The notes: generated by a model not told the origin, from the letters alone. Counted from the first letter of the stretch, positions 18,409-28,214 are shown. The stretch is 64,000 bases of DNA from an uncultured bacterium (GCA_963804975.1 CAWDSG010000002.1:405015-469014), one strand, 5' to 3'. A program made the numbers and translations.

Positions 18409-21276
18409 TTATACAACAAAGTTGATTACTTTGTTTTTAACGAAGATTTTTTTAATAATTCTCTTGCCGGAGAGCCACTTGACAATATCTTGATTGTTTA
18501 AAGCTGATTTTTCCACTTTATCCTCCGAAGAATCTGCCGGTACGTCAAGAGTTGCCCGAACTTTGCCGTTTATCTGCACAACGATTTTCACATTTCCCGA
18601 TTTTAATTTGCTTTCATTATATTTCGGCCAGCTTTCCAAAGCAATCATTTTTTTACCACCAAAGTTTGCCCAAATCTCTTCACAGATATGCGGAGCAAAA
18701 GGAGAAAGAATTTTTATCAAGGATAAATATGATTCCTTGCTTATCTTGTCCTCTCCTTCAAAATTATTCGCCAAAATCATCATTGCAGAGACCGCAGTGT
18801 TTGCATTGAATGATGCGATATCGTCTCCGACTTTTTTTATCGTTTGATTCAATAATATTTTCGTTTCCTCGCTGTCGGTAAAATTTTCGGCAACTTTTTC
18901 CTGAAGCTTCCAGACCTTGTCCAAAAATCTTCTTGAGCCAACCATGCTATCGGTGCTCCAAGCAATCTCCTGTTCAAACGGTCCCATAAACGACTCATAA
19001 ACCCTGAGTGTGTCGGCGCCTACATTTTTTACCACCTCATCGGGATTGACCACATTTCCCCATCTTTTTGACATTTTCCTGTTATCCGAGCCGAGTATCA
19101 TTCCCTGATTTCTAAGCTGTTTAAAGGGCTCTTTTGTGCTTACTATGCCTATATCAAAGAGAAACTTGTGCCAAAAACGAACATAAATAAGATGTCTTGT
19201 GGCATGCTCCGTACCTCCGACATACATGTCCACCGGAGCCCAATATTTTTCTTTTTTCGGATCAACCAAGGCCTTATCGTTTTTTGGATCCATATAGCGT
19301 AAATAATACCAAGATGAGCCGGCCCATTGCGGCATCGTGTTTGTTTCTCTTTTACCGGCACCGCCGCATTTCGGACACTTCACGTTTACCCATTTTGTCA
19401 TGGCGGCAAGCGGCGACTCTCCGGTTCCTGTCGGTTCGTAAAATCTGACCTTTGGAAGCATAACAGGCAGATCTTTTTCCGGAACTGCAACTGTCCCGCA
19501 TTTTTCACAATGCACTATCGGGAATGGCTCGCCCCAATATCTCTGACGCGAAAAAACCCAATCCTGAAGTTTGTATGTGACTGTCATTTTTCCGCCGGCA
19601 AATTCTGTGATTTCTTTCATTATTTCCGTATTTTTCTTGCCGTCAAATTTTCCGGAATTGATCATTATTCCATTGCCGATAAATGCATGTGGTCCTTTTT
19701 CCAAATGAGCAATAATTTCAGGGAGTTCCGAAACAGGCCAAAAAATTTTATTTATTTCTGAAATCGGCACCCATACAACAGTGTGCTTCTCCGATTCTTC
19801 ATCTGAAAGTTCATTTTTTTCGAGATTCGCTAGTTCCACAACAAAAACTTGAGTAAATGCCTGGCGATTGACATTCTTATGTGCTGCATAAAAATGCGTT
19901 TCCATTTGCCAGCCAAGTTTCTCCACTTTTTTAAAATTTTTATAGCCGGTTTCTTCTTTCACTTCCCGTGCGATAGCATCTTCGCGCGATTCGTTTTCAT
20001 CAACGCCACCGATAACAAGTGTTTTCCATGGAACTTTTTTCCATTGGATTTGAATGATCTTATCTTCGGTAGGATGCTTCACAATTGCCTGCACATTGGC
20101 TCTCGGACTCCATTGTTTATCATTTTTGGGAAGATTATCTTTATCAATAAAAAACGGTGCAATAACCTGTTTTATCGGCAAATTATATTTCTTTGCAAAA
20201 GCAAAATCGCGGTCATCATGTGCCGGCACAGCCATTACTGCCCCCGTGCCATAATTCGCCAAAACATAATCCGCGATAAATACGGGAATTTCTTCCTTGT
20301 TTACTGGATTTACGGCTTTCACTCCGTCAAGTTTAACGCCGGTTTTTTCCTTGCCTTCCGCAGTCCTTTCTATTTCCGTCCTGTTTTTTATTTCCTTCCT
20401 GTATTTCTCAACTTCAGCCCAATTTTTTATCTGCGGCTTCAATTCATCAATCAAACTATTTTCCGGAGCAATAACGACATAAGAAAGGCCGAATAAAGTA
20501 TCAGGTCTTGTAGTGAATACTTTTATTTCTTTTCCTGCCTGCGCAGGCAGGTTTGAATCCTTAATTTTAAAAGTAATTTCCGCGCCTTCCGAACGGCCAA
20601 TCCAATTCCTCTGCAATTCCTTGATGTGTTCCGGCCAGGCAAGCTCATCCAAATCATTCAAAAGCCGATCGGCATAATCGCGGATTTTCAAAACCCATTG
20701 TTTCATCTGTTTTTTCTCTACCACAGTCCCGCACTGTTCGCATTTTCCGTTCTCTATATCTTCATTTGCCAATCCGGTCTTGCAGGAAGGGCACCAATTT
20801 ATCGGCGCAAATGACTCATAAGCCAGACCTTTTTTGAACATCTGCAAGAATATCCATTGCGTCCATTTGTAATATTTCGGATCTGTTGTGTTTATTTCCC
20901 TATCCCAATCATAATCCAGACCTATAATACTTAACTGTTCTTTGTATCTTTTGACATTTTTCTTTACTGCAATTTCAGGATTTATTTTATTTTTTAAGGC
21001 GTACTGTTCTGCCGGCAAGCCAAAAGCGTCCCAACCCATCGGATGAAGAACATTAAAACCATTCATTCTTTTGAATCTTGAATAAATATCAGTAGCGACA
21101 TAACCTCGCGGATGGCCGACATGAAGGCCTTCTCCCGACGGATACGGGAACATATCAAGCACGTAACATTTCGGCTTGTCGCTCTTCTCGGTGGTCTTGT
21201 AGATTTTTTCCGCAGCCCATTTCTTTTGCCATTTCTTCTCAATCTTTATGTGGTCGTATTTGCCGGTTTTATTCAT
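18409..21276 (-). CDS. leuS: leucyl-tRNA synthetase with inserted Nudix-like domain
   Basis: HVGH, editing domain, KMSKR, anticodon-binding domains. Likely start MNKTGKYDHIKIEKKWQKKW at 21276 (ORF track extends to 21342). About 160 extra residues between the AHDDRDF..IKQVI and GIMINSGKFDG blocks contain a perfect Nudix box. Confidence 0.93.
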   Translation of the reverse strand: MNKTGKYDHIKIEKKWQKKWAAEKIYKTTEKSDKPKCYVLDMFPYPSGEGLHVGHPRGYVATDIYSRFKRMNGFNVLHPMGWDAFGLPAEQYALKNKINPEIAVKKNVKRYKEQLSIIGLDYDWDREINTTDPKYYKWTQWIFLQMFKKGLAYESFAPINWCPSCKTGLANEDIENGKCEQCGTVVEKKQMKQWVLKIRDYADRLLNDLDELAWPEHIKELQRNWIGRSEGAEITFKIKDSNLPAQAGKEIKVFTTRPDTLFGLSYVVIAPENSLIDELKPQIKNWAEVEKYRKEIKNRTEIERTAEGKEKTGVKLDGVKAVNPVNKEEIPVFIADYVLANYGTGAVMAVPAHDDRDFAFAKKYNLPIKQVIAPFFIDKDNLPKNDKQWSPRANVQAIVKHPTEDKIIQIQWKKVPWKTLVIGGVDENESREDAIAREVKEETGYKNFKKVEKLGWQMETHFYAAHKNVNRQAFTQVFVVELANLEKNELSDEESEKHTVVWVPISEINKIFWPVSELPEIIAHLEKGPHAFIGNGIMINSGKFDGKKNTEIMKEITEFAGGKMTVTYKLQDWVFSRQRYWGEPFPIVHCEKCGTVAVPEKDLPVMLPKVRFYEPTGTGESPLAAMTKWVNVKCPKCGGAGKRETNTMPQWAGSSWYYLRYMDPKNDKALVDPKKEKYWAPVDMYVGGTEHATRHLIYVRFWHKFLFDIGIVSTKEPFKQLRNQGMILGSDNRKMSKRWGNVVNPDEVVKNVGADTLRVYESFMGPFEQEIAWSTDSMVGSRRFLDKVWKLQEKVAENFTDSEETKILLNQTIKKVGDDIASFNANTAVSAMMILANNFEGEDKISKESYLSLIKILSPFAPHICEEIWANFGGKKMIALESWPKYNESKLKSGNVKIVVQINGKVRATLDVPADSSEDKVEKSALNNQDIVKWLSGKRIIKKIFVKNKVINFVV
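19678..20160 (-). other. Nudix hydrolase-like domain inserted within LeuS (Nudix box GGVDENESREDAIAREVKEETGY at about 19942..20010)
   Basis: Matches Gx5Ex7REUxEExGU exactly. Flanking beta-strand-like segments ANVQAIVKHPTEDKIIQIQ and VVWVPISEINK. Confidence 0.65.
20534..20551 (-). repeat. GC-rich palindromic element copy (CCTGCCTGCGCAGGCAGG, perfect palindrome), in frame in leuS
   Basis: Encodes NLPAQAGKE in LeuS. Confidence 0.7.
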
Positions 21277-21408
21277 ATTAAAACATAATATAACAAAAAT
21301 AGTCGGAAATAAAGAGTTCTTTGGCTTGACATAATCCGTCATTTAATTAAGATAGGACCAGAACAGGCAAGTCCGTTCCTTTCCAAAAAAATCTGTCAGG
21401 AGAGAAAA

Positions 21409-21741
21409 ATGATCAAAATTACGAAGAAATTTACAGAAAAATTTAAGGTTTTTTCGTCAAGCTTTTCAAAAGAGAAAATCTCGGAGGTTCCCGGAAAAAT
21501 TTTGGAGACTATTCTGACTCTTTTGACCGAGATAGGCAGTTTCCTGATTGGGATCGTAATCTATGCCGATGCAGTAGGTCTCCTTTTGCTGGCTGCAGGT
21601 ATGGATAAATTCCCCGTTTCTAAATTCATTTTCATTGTAGCGGCTTTTACAATGGTGGTGTCGTATCACTACGCCATGAAAACACCTCAGAAAGCGCCCC
21701 AGAAAGTGCTTCAAGAGGTGCAAGAAAAAAAGAAGAGGTAA
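21409..21741 (+). CDS. hypothetical small membrane protein (110 aa)
   Basis: ORF track. TTGACA-like box and GGAGAG SD upstream. Confidence 0.4.
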   Translation: MIKITKKFTEKFKVFSSSFSKEKISEVPGKILETILTLLTEIGSFLIGIVIYADAVGLLLLAAGMDKFPVSKFIFIVAAFTMVVSYHYAMKTPQKAPQKVLQEVQEKKKR

Positions 21742-21757
21742 GAGGCAATACATTATA

Positions 21758-21790
21758 AAGGCCCGAACACGGAAGTGTTCGGGCCTGATT
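21758..21790. terminator. bidirectional terminator hairpin GGCCCGAACAC-GGAA-GTGTTCGGGCC
   Basis: Perfect 11-bp GC-rich stem followed by a T-run, between convergent genes. Confidence 0.7.
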
Positions 21791-22987
21791 TTATTCTTCT
21801 GATTCCAGTCGTGTTATTTCCAAAATTTTTGATTTGGATTTTTTACCCACAATCTTTATTGTACGAGGTTCAATATCTATTTGGTTTGCTGAAGCATCTA
21901 TTTGTATTTTTCCGCCCAAATTATTAATATCTTTTATTTTTGGATAAACTCTTGAATCTAATGAAGCACACGCAGCATTAAATTTTTTTGTTGCTCCTTC
22001 AAGTGAGGCACCTATACCTGCAAAATGTCCAAAAAAAGTATTAATCCGATCTCCTAAATCAGTAATTTCTTCAGCAAGTTTAGAAGCATTTTCTATAGTT
22101 TTCTGTTGCCTCCACGCATGAGCAATTAAAGATAAGAGGGGCATTATTATTGCTGGACTTGCTAACATTACTTTTTTATCTTGAGCTTCTGTGTATAAAT
22201 TCATGTCTTCTTCAACGACTGCTCGTATAGCAGCTTCGCTCGGGATAAACATAACAACGTATGGTACTCTAGGATCTACATACTTCTGATATTCTTTGCT
22301 TGAAAGTTCTTTTATGCGTTCTTTTATATGTTGAGTAAATTTTACTATATGTTCTTTTCTTTTTTCAGCATTTTTTTCTACAACAGCTTTATCAAATTCT
22401 TCCAAACTAGCCTTGCTATCAATGGCAAGTTTTAATCCATCGGGAAGAGTAATAATCACGTCTGGACGTAGGTTAGCATTGTCCCCGGTAACAGTTTCTT
22501 GAGTTTGAAAAACAACACCTTCATTCAAGTCTGATTTTTCTAAAATTGTTTTCAAAAGCAATTCCCCCCATTTTCCTCTAACGGCACTGGCTGAGGATAA
22601 TAAGTTTTTAACGGTACCAACTTCCTCTTGCATTTTTGCTCCGGCGTTTAATACGGTTTCAATACTCTTTCCAAGAGATCCTGTTTGTTCTGCTCTCATT
22701 TTTTCAAAATCAGAAATTTTTTCATCAACGGCTTTCATTGACTTATTTATTTCTTGTGCAATTCTATCAAAATTTTTTTCTTTACTTTCAAGATTAATGG
22801 AAAAATCTTTTGATTGATTACGAAGAACATCACCAGCAACAGCTTTAAAACGTGATTCTAGTTGATCTATATCCTTGCCTCTTTCTTCAAGCTGGACCTT
22901 TTTAATATCTAATTCCTTATTTTTTATATAGGATGCAAGAAAAAAACCTATAATTCCTCCTAAAATTATTGTGATAATATAAATCAT
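21791..22987 (-). CDS. rmuC: DNA recombination protein RmuC
   Basis: N-terminal TM, coiled-coil, conserved RmuC C-terminal region (VMFIPSEAAIRAVVEED...ASPAIIMPLLSLIAHAWRQQ). Start set at MIYIITIILGG (22987). The longer ORF-track N-terminus overlaps yqeY and is unlikely. Confidence 0.8.
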   Translation of the reverse strand: MIYIITIILGGIIGFFLASYIKNKELDIKKVQLEERGKDIDQLESRFKAVAGDVLRNQSKDFSINLESKEKNFDRIAQEINKSMKAVDEKISDFEKMRAEQTGSLGKSIETVLNAGAKMQEEVGTVKNLLSSASAVRGKWGELLLKTILEKSDLNEGVVFQTQETVTGDNANLRPDVIITLPDGLKLAIDSKASLEEFDKAVVEKNAEKRKEHIVKFTQHIKERIKELSSKEYQKYVDPRVPYVVMFIPSEAAIRAVVEEDMNLYTEAQDKKVMLASPAIIMPLLSLIAHAWRQQKTIENASKLAEEITDLGDRINTFFGHFAGIGASLEGATKKFNAACASLDSRVYPKIKDINNLGGKIQIDASANQIDIEPRTIKIVGKKSKSKILEITRLESEE

Positions 22988-23035
22988 ATATCTATTGTAC
23001 CAAAAAAATTTGAAATATGCTAAAATAATTCCATT

Positions 23036-23488
23036 ATGACAATACAAAAACAAATCAATGACGGGATAAAAGATGCGATGATTAAAAAGGACACTGTCCG
23101 CCTCACGGCGCTTCGCGGGGTCCTCGCGACTTTTACAAATGAAATGCTTGCCAAAAAACCTGCCGTACAGGAACTTCCGGATGAAGATGCCATCGCAATA
23201 ATCAGAAGATTGGTAAAGCAAAGGAAGGACTCCATTGAACAATTCACGAAAGGCGGAAGGATGGATTTGGTGAAAAACGAAGAGGCCGAAATGAAAATTC
23301 TGGATGAATTCCTGCCCCAAATGATGAGCAAGGAAGAAATCGTGAAAGTTGTGAAAGCTAAAGTTGCCGCAGCAGGAGAAATAGACAAAACCAAACTTGG
23401 CCAATTTATGGGCGGAATTATGAAAGAATTGAAAGGAAAAGCCGATGGCGCCATTGTGAAAGAAGTGATTGAAGAGATTGTAAAATAG
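23036..23488 (+). CDS. yqeY: GatB/YqeY domain protein
   Basis: Typical YqeY sequence (IKDAMIKKDTVRLTALRGVLA...LDEFLPQMMSKEEI). Confidence 0.8.
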   Translation: MTIQKQINDGIKDAMIKKDTVRLTALRGVLATFTNEMLAKKPAVQELPDEDAIAIIRRLVKQRKDSIEQFTKGGRMDLVKNEEAEMKILDEFLPQMMSKEEIVKVVKAKVAAAGEIDKTKLGQFMGGIMKELKGKADGAIVKEVIEEIVK

Positions 23489-23561
23489 TTGACTAAATAC
23501 CTTAAATATTGCTATTATACAGACCAGAATGTTCCAAAATTAATTTTGATCGGAGAATTCC

Positions 23562-23885
23562 ATGGATTTTGATTTTCAACCAGCTTTAGATTTTTATTCT
23601 TCTCTGCGCAAAAAAGGAAAAAATCGCAAAGAAGCTTTGGAATTGGCATTGAATAAGTTTGATTTAATGCGTCCCGGTATTCACAATGAATTTGAAAAGC
23701 TTATTGAAGAAGAAATTGAACCCGGTATTGAAGCAAGAGAATGGGTTGCCAAAGAACAAAAAGAAATTCATAGGCATGATTTGACACCACCTGCAATTAC
23801 TGAAGTTTTGACCGAGAAAGAAGAAGTGGAAGATAAGATGGAACCGTGGTGTAAAGGAGCATGGGATAGCTGGAAAAAAAGATGA
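23562..23885 (+). CDS. hypothetical acidic protein (107 aa)
   Basis: ORF track only. Confidence 0.4.
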   Translation: MDFDFQPALDFYSSLRKKGKNRKEALELALNKFDLMRPGIHNEFEKLIEEEIEPGIEAREWVAKEQKEIHRHDLTPPAITEVLTEKEEVEDKMEPWCKGAWDSWKKR

Positions 23886-23951
23886 TCCGTCTAAACAATG
23901 GGTCATTTTTTCTTTATCTTAAATCCAAAAAATGATATATTTGCTTCGTAT

Positions 23952-23990
23952 GGCTCCATCGTCTAACGGTTAGGACATGCCTTCGAGAGG
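23952..23990 (+). other. tRNA 5'-half-like fragment (duplicate of the 5' half of the downstream tRNA-Glu-like gene), followed by a 10-bp perfect hairpin 23991..24023
   Basis: GGCTCCATCGTCTAACGGTTAGGACATGCCTTCGAGAGG against GGCCTTATCGTCTAACGGTTAGGACATAGCCTTCTCAAGCG. No T-arm or 3' acceptor follows. Confidence 0.4.
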
Positions 23991-24139
23991 TTAAAGTTGG
24001 AGTAAGGATCCAACTTTAAGACTTGTGATAATCTTTATACGAGCAAAGCGAAGTAGAAAGTAGAACAAGTGTACAGCTTCTGTAAGAAGAGAAATTCGGG
24101 GTTTGATATAAATTAAGTTAAAAATTGAATAGTAATGTT

Positions 24140-24215
24140 TGGCCTTATCGTCTAACGGTTAGGACATAGCCTTCTCAAGCGTTAGAATCGGGGTTCGATT
24201 CCCCGTAAGGTCACC
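24140..24215 (+). tRNA. tRNA-Glu(CUC)-like; all arms canonical except a poorly paired anticodon stem (possible pseudo-tRNA or unusual tRNA)
   Basis: Acceptor GGCCTTA/TAAGGTC, D-arm GTCT..GGAC, loop TTCTCAA with U33 and anticodon CTC, T-arm CGGGGTTCGATTCCCCG, encoded CCA. Anticodon stem TAGCC/GCGTT pairs at only 2 of 5 positions. Confidence 0.5.
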
Positions 24216-24239
24216 ATTTCGTGCTAGCACGAGATATAT

Positions 24240-24761
24240 ATGGGATATATAATCACAAACATTTCACTTCCTATACTAATTCAAGACACAGCAGCACTGG
24301 TAGTTTCTGTTTCAATAGGATTTTTTATTTGGATAATTAAGCAGTCCTATGACAAACATGAGCAAGAACTTAAATCACTAAAAAAATTAGAGATATGTTT
24401 AAGTGGTGATTTAGCCACAAATAAACATAATGAGGAATATCTAAATGATTGGATGGATAATTTAAAGAAAAATAAACTTTTTTCGTGTGCATTTAGAACA
24501 TACGAATTAGATAATTCTGAACTTGTGTATATAACAAATTTAGAACTTATAAATAAGATCAACACCCTAAGTTATGGATTAAATATTTTATTTAATGATT
24601 TAAAAAATAATTATGATGTATATACATCTAACTCGCTTAGATTTTTAGATAAAGATCTTGTTAATAATTGGAAAGAAATGAATATTAATACATTAGTGCA
24701 ATTAAACATTCCAAAAAATAACTTTTATGATTTCAAAAGACAAAAGTATTTGCGTAATTAG
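24240..24761 (+). CDS. hypothetical protein, AT-rich ORFan with N-terminal TM
   Basis: ORF track. Markedly lower GC than neighbours. Lies immediately downstream of the tRNA. Confidence 0.4.
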   Translation: MGYIITNISLPILIQDTAALVVSVSIGFFIWIIKQSYDKHEQELKSLKKLEICLSGDLATNKHNEEYLNDWMDNLKKNKLFSCAFRTYELDNSELVYITNLELINKINTLSYGLNILFNDLKNNYDVYTSNSLRFLDKDLVNNWKEMNINTLVQLNIPKNNFYDFKRQKYLRN

Positions 24762-24770
24762 AAACAAGAA

Positions 24771-24810
24771 AGACGGAGCGCGTCGGCTCAGTCGAGTTCG
24801 CGCAAAATTT
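24771..24810. repeat. variant copy (subfamily B) of the conserved-core element: GGAGCGCGTCGGCTCAGTCGAGTTCGCGCAAAATTTCAG
   Basis: Shares GCGCGTCGGC..TCGAG..AATTTCAG with the 5991..6044 core. Confidence 0.45.
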
Positions 24811-25157
24811 CAGAAATTATCTTGCATGACATTTTTTGTGCAGTCACAATTATATGCTGCCACTTTAATCCCCGACATCTCAATAATTTGTTGAGCAACG
24901 TTCCAATATTTTTTCCCTTCATAACTGCATGATATAAATCCATATTATTATTAATAAGCTCGCTAAATTTTCGCCATGTTCCACATATAAATTTGCCTAA
25001 TCTATCCCTTTCTTCTTTCCGCTCACCATAATTTTTTCAGGTTTTTTAACCAATAATTTCTTTAATATATAAAATTCCACTGCTAAACAAATTTTGCGTT
25101 TTCCATGTTTTTCTTTTTTTACATTTTCCTCATACACAATTATATTATCAAATTATT

Positions 25158-26450
25158 TTATTTCTTCTTTAGCCATTCTTCCTCCTGCCTCACCAGCAAT
25201 TCCCCTGCTTTTTCCGGCTCTGCCATTATTTCCTCCACTGTCCGCTCCATTCTCATTGATTGTGAGCCCTTCACAAGGATTATATCGTTTTCCGCAATCA
25301 TATTCTGAATTTCTTCGCCTGCTCCGACAGAATCTTCAAATTGGAAAATGTTGCTTTCATCCATTCCGGCATCAAGCGCGCCTTCGGCAATTTTTCTTGA
25401 CCTCAAGCCGACGGTTGCCAAAATATCACAGGATTTTGCTGAGAGCTTCCCCGCTTCGTAATGCTCTTTTACCGAATGTTTGCCGAGCTCCATCATATCG
25501 CCAAGAACTGCAAATTTTTTACCTTTTGCTTTAATATTTCCCAAAGTATTAAGCGCCAAAGTGACTGCAACCGGCGAGGAATTGTAAGTATCGTCGATTA
25601 TCATGGAATTTTTTATTCCGGGAATTATTTTCATCCTTCCTTTCGGCGTCTCATGGTTCAAAAGCGCCTCGCCGGCTTTCACCAAATTCACTTTGGCCGA
25701 TATGCCAACGGCAAGCGCCGCCAAAGTCGCATAAATATTTTTCATCCCAAGCGAACCATAGACCACAATCGGCACGATATTATTTTCATACTGCACTTTG
25801 AATGTCATTCCTGCCGGCTTTTCGTTCTCGTAATATATCTGTTCGTCGGATGCAACAAGATTTGACATGTTGTCCGTGCCGTAAACAATCGATAAATTTT
25901 TGGATTCATCTTTCATTTTCATCGCGTCGGCGTCATCGCCGTTGACTATAAGCGTGCCGTTATGCTTCAGGGCGTCAACCAGATATTTTTTTTCGCGCAC
26001 AATCGCGTCTCTTGTCGGAAAAAATTCAATATGAACGGGCACTTTTGCGAATGCGGTAATAACCACTGCATCGGGCTTGAGCCATTTGGCTATATTTTTT
26101 ATGTCCTTTGGCTTGTCGGCGCCGACTTCAAGCACCAGCCACTGCGGATAATTGACTCTGAAAAAAAGTTCTGAAAAACCGATCCAAATATTGTAAAGCC
26201 AAAGCAGCGGATCATTCCATGCGTTTTGACAGCCAATGACAGTGAGCGGAATGCCGATATCGCTATTGAAACTTTTTTCGCTTTTTCGAATGTAGAAAAA
26301 TTTTGACATTACCGAAAAAATCGCATCTTTTGCAGATGTTTTTCCGACGCTTCCGGTAATCGCAATTATTTTGGGCTTATATTTATTTATTATAAGCTTT
26401 GCCTGCCATTGTATTATTGAAGAAATTATTTTTTTAAATATCCGTTTCAT
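25158..26450 (-). CDS. murF: UDP-N-acetylmuramoyl-tripeptide--D-alanyl-D-alanine ligase
   Basis: ITGSVGKTSAKD P-loop and Mur ligase domain order. Sits in the division-cluster position after ftsI. Confidence 0.85.
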   Translation of the reverse strand: MKRIFKKIISSIIQWQAKLIINKYKPKIIAITGSVGKTSAKDAIFSVMSKFFYIRKSEKSFNSDIGIPLTVIGCQNAWNDPLLWLYNIWIGFSELFFRVNYPQWLVLEVGADKPKDIKNIAKWLKPDAVVITAFAKVPVHIEFFPTRDAIVREKKYLVDALKHNGTLIVNGDDADAMKMKDESKNLSIVYGTDNMSNLVASDEQIYYENEKPAGMTFKVQYENNIVPIVVYGSLGMKNIYATLAALAVGISAKVNLVKAGEALLNHETPKGRMKIIPGIKNSMIIDDTYNSSPVAVTLALNTLGNIKAKGKKFAVLGDMMELGKHSVKEHYEAGKLSAKSCDILATVGLRSRKIAEGALDAGMDESNIFQFEDSVGAGEEIQNMIAENDIILVKGSQSMRMERTVEEIMAEPEKAGELLVRQEEEWLKKK

Positions 26451-26468
26451 TTTTTATTTTTATATTTT

Positions 26469-28214
26469 TTATCTGTCCGGCGGTATCTCGTAATAATTTA
26501 TCAGAAAATTTGTGACGTCAAAAAAAGGTGCTGTTAGAGTTTGGGAAGCATAATTGACGCCCTGCGGCTCATAAGTGTAAAGGAAAACCAGAAATCTCGG
26601 GTTGTAAGCGGGAAAATAGCCGAAAAAAGAGTGCAAATACTGGTCCGTGTAATAGCCTCCTCCCTCGCTTGCCAGCCGCGCTATTTGGGCTGTTCCTGTT
26701 TTTGCGGCAATACTGTAATTTTTCATTTTCAATGTCCCGCCGGCAAGGGACTGATCCACCACATTCACAAGCATCTGTGTAATTTTCTCGCTTGTGCCCG
26801 ATTTAATAACTTGTTTCGCTTCATCGGTATAATCGATTGTCTTTGAAAGTCCCGTTATGTAATTAATTTTATCCGCCACATGCGGAGTGATCAGTTTTCC
26901 TCCGTTTGCAAGCACCGAGAGCGCGCGTGCAGTAATGATCGGCGTCATTGAAATGCCCTGTCCGAAAGATGCGGTGTCATATTCAATTTGTTTTTGATTA
27001 TTGAGATTATCCAATAAATTGCTGATATCGCCGGCTGCTTCATCCGGCAAATCTATGCCGGTTTCCGAACCGATGCCGAAATTTTCAAAACATTTCAGCA
27101 TTGTCGGTTTGCCGATTTTCGTTGCGATAAAAGATGCGCCGACATTCAGCGATTGATTTAAAATTTGCTGCATAGGAATTATACCTCTCGCTTTTCCGTC
27201 AAAATTATGTATTGTGTTTCCGTCAACATTGATAAAACCTGTGTCATTGTAAGTAGTTGTGGCGGTTATTGCTCCGCTGTCAAGGCCGGCGGCCATAGTG
27301 AGAGGTTTAATTATGGAACCCATTTCGTAAGCATCGCTTACCAAAGGATTTGAATAAATACTGGCATCTTTTTGGCTGCCGAAGCTATTCAGATTAAAAT
27401 TCGGATACATTGCCATTGCATAAATTTCGCCTGTATTCGGATCCATAACGATTGCCCCGGTCATTTGGGAATTCCATTTTTTATTCGCATCCGCAACCAC
27501 TTTTTCAACATATTCCTGCACCTCAGGATCTATTGTCGTGACAACATCTCCTTCTTTTCCGTTATTCTCTATAAAATTGATTTTGATATCGGAAAATAAT
27601 TCCGCAAAAGTATTCACATACATAGGACTGTTATTCCTGCTTAATACGTCATTGTAATATGCTTCAAGGCCGTATCTGCCTGTCAAATTTTTACCCGTGT
27701 CATCATAACCCACAAAACCGATGATACGCGACGCAAGATCGTTCCCCGGATAATATCTCCACTTCTCATTTTCAATTATAATTCCCTGCAAATTCAAAAC
27801 GCTGATTTTTTTAATCTCTTCTTCAGGCACTTCCCTTGCAATTTCTTCGTACGAATCGTCTTTTTTTAATATTTTTGAATAAAAATCCGCCTCATCAAGC
27901 GGAATTATATTCGAAATTTCCTTGTAATATTCGTCCGTATCGGTCGCCATAACTTTGACATTGAGCGCCAAAATATAGCCGGTCTTCAGGCCTGCCGCGG
28001 ATATCAACGACCCGTTTTTATCCTGAAAATAAATGGATCCGCGATCGAACGTGTCGTTTGAGACGCTTACATATTGGTTATCCGCTTTTTCGCTGTAATT
28101 ATCGCCATATACCACCTGCAAAAAATAGAGGCGGACGGCCACAATCAAGGCAAAAAAAACAATCAGGCAAAAAATTAATCTTACTCTGTTTTGAAAATAA
28201 TTAGTAATTTTCAT
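26469..28214 (-). CDS. ftsI: penicillin-binding protein (class B transpeptidase, FtsI-like)
   Basis: N-terminal TM; SIIKP (SxxK), SFGQG-type and KTGTAQ motifs. Division-cluster context. Confidence 0.85.
   Translation of the reverse strand: MKITNYFQNRVRLIFCLIVFFALIVAVRLYFLQVVYGDNYSEKADNQYVSVSNDTFDRGSIYFQDKNGSLISAAGLKTGYILALNVKVMATDTDEYYKEISNIIPLDEADFYSKILKKDDSYEEIAREVPEEEIKKISVLNLQGIIIENEKWRYYPGNDLASRIIGFVGYDDTGKNLTGRYGLEAYYNDVLSRNNSPMYVNTFAELFSDIKINFIENNGKEGDVVTTIDPEVQEYVEKVVADANKKWNSQMTGAIVMDPNTGEIYAMAMYPNFNLNSFGSQKDASIYSNPLVSDAYEMGSIIKPLTMAAGLDSGAITATTTYNDTGFINVDGNTIHNFDGKARGIIPMQQILNQSLNVGASFIATKIGKPTMLKCFENFGIGSETGIDLPDEAAGDISNLLDNLNNQKQIEYDTASFGQGISMTPIITARALSVLANGGKLITPHVADKINYITGLSKTIDYTDEAKQVIKSGTSEKITQMLVNVVDQSLAGGTLKMKNYSIAAKTGTAQIARLASEGGGYYTDQYLHSFFGYFPAYNPRFLVFLYTYEPQGVNYASQTLTAPFFDVTNFLINYYEIPPDR

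Noticed and set aside
21791-23404. Full 537-aa ORF-track extent for rmuC
   Set aside because: The first 139 codons overlap the convergent yqeY gene and are low-complexity. The conserved RmuC N-terminus (MIYIITIILGG, a TM helix) begins at 22987.
23952-24023. Second full tRNA gene upstream of the tRNA-Glu-like gene
   Set aside because: Only the first ~39 nt are tRNA-like. What follows is a plain 10-bp hairpin, and there is no T-arm or 3' acceptor strand. Recorded as a 5'-half fragment.
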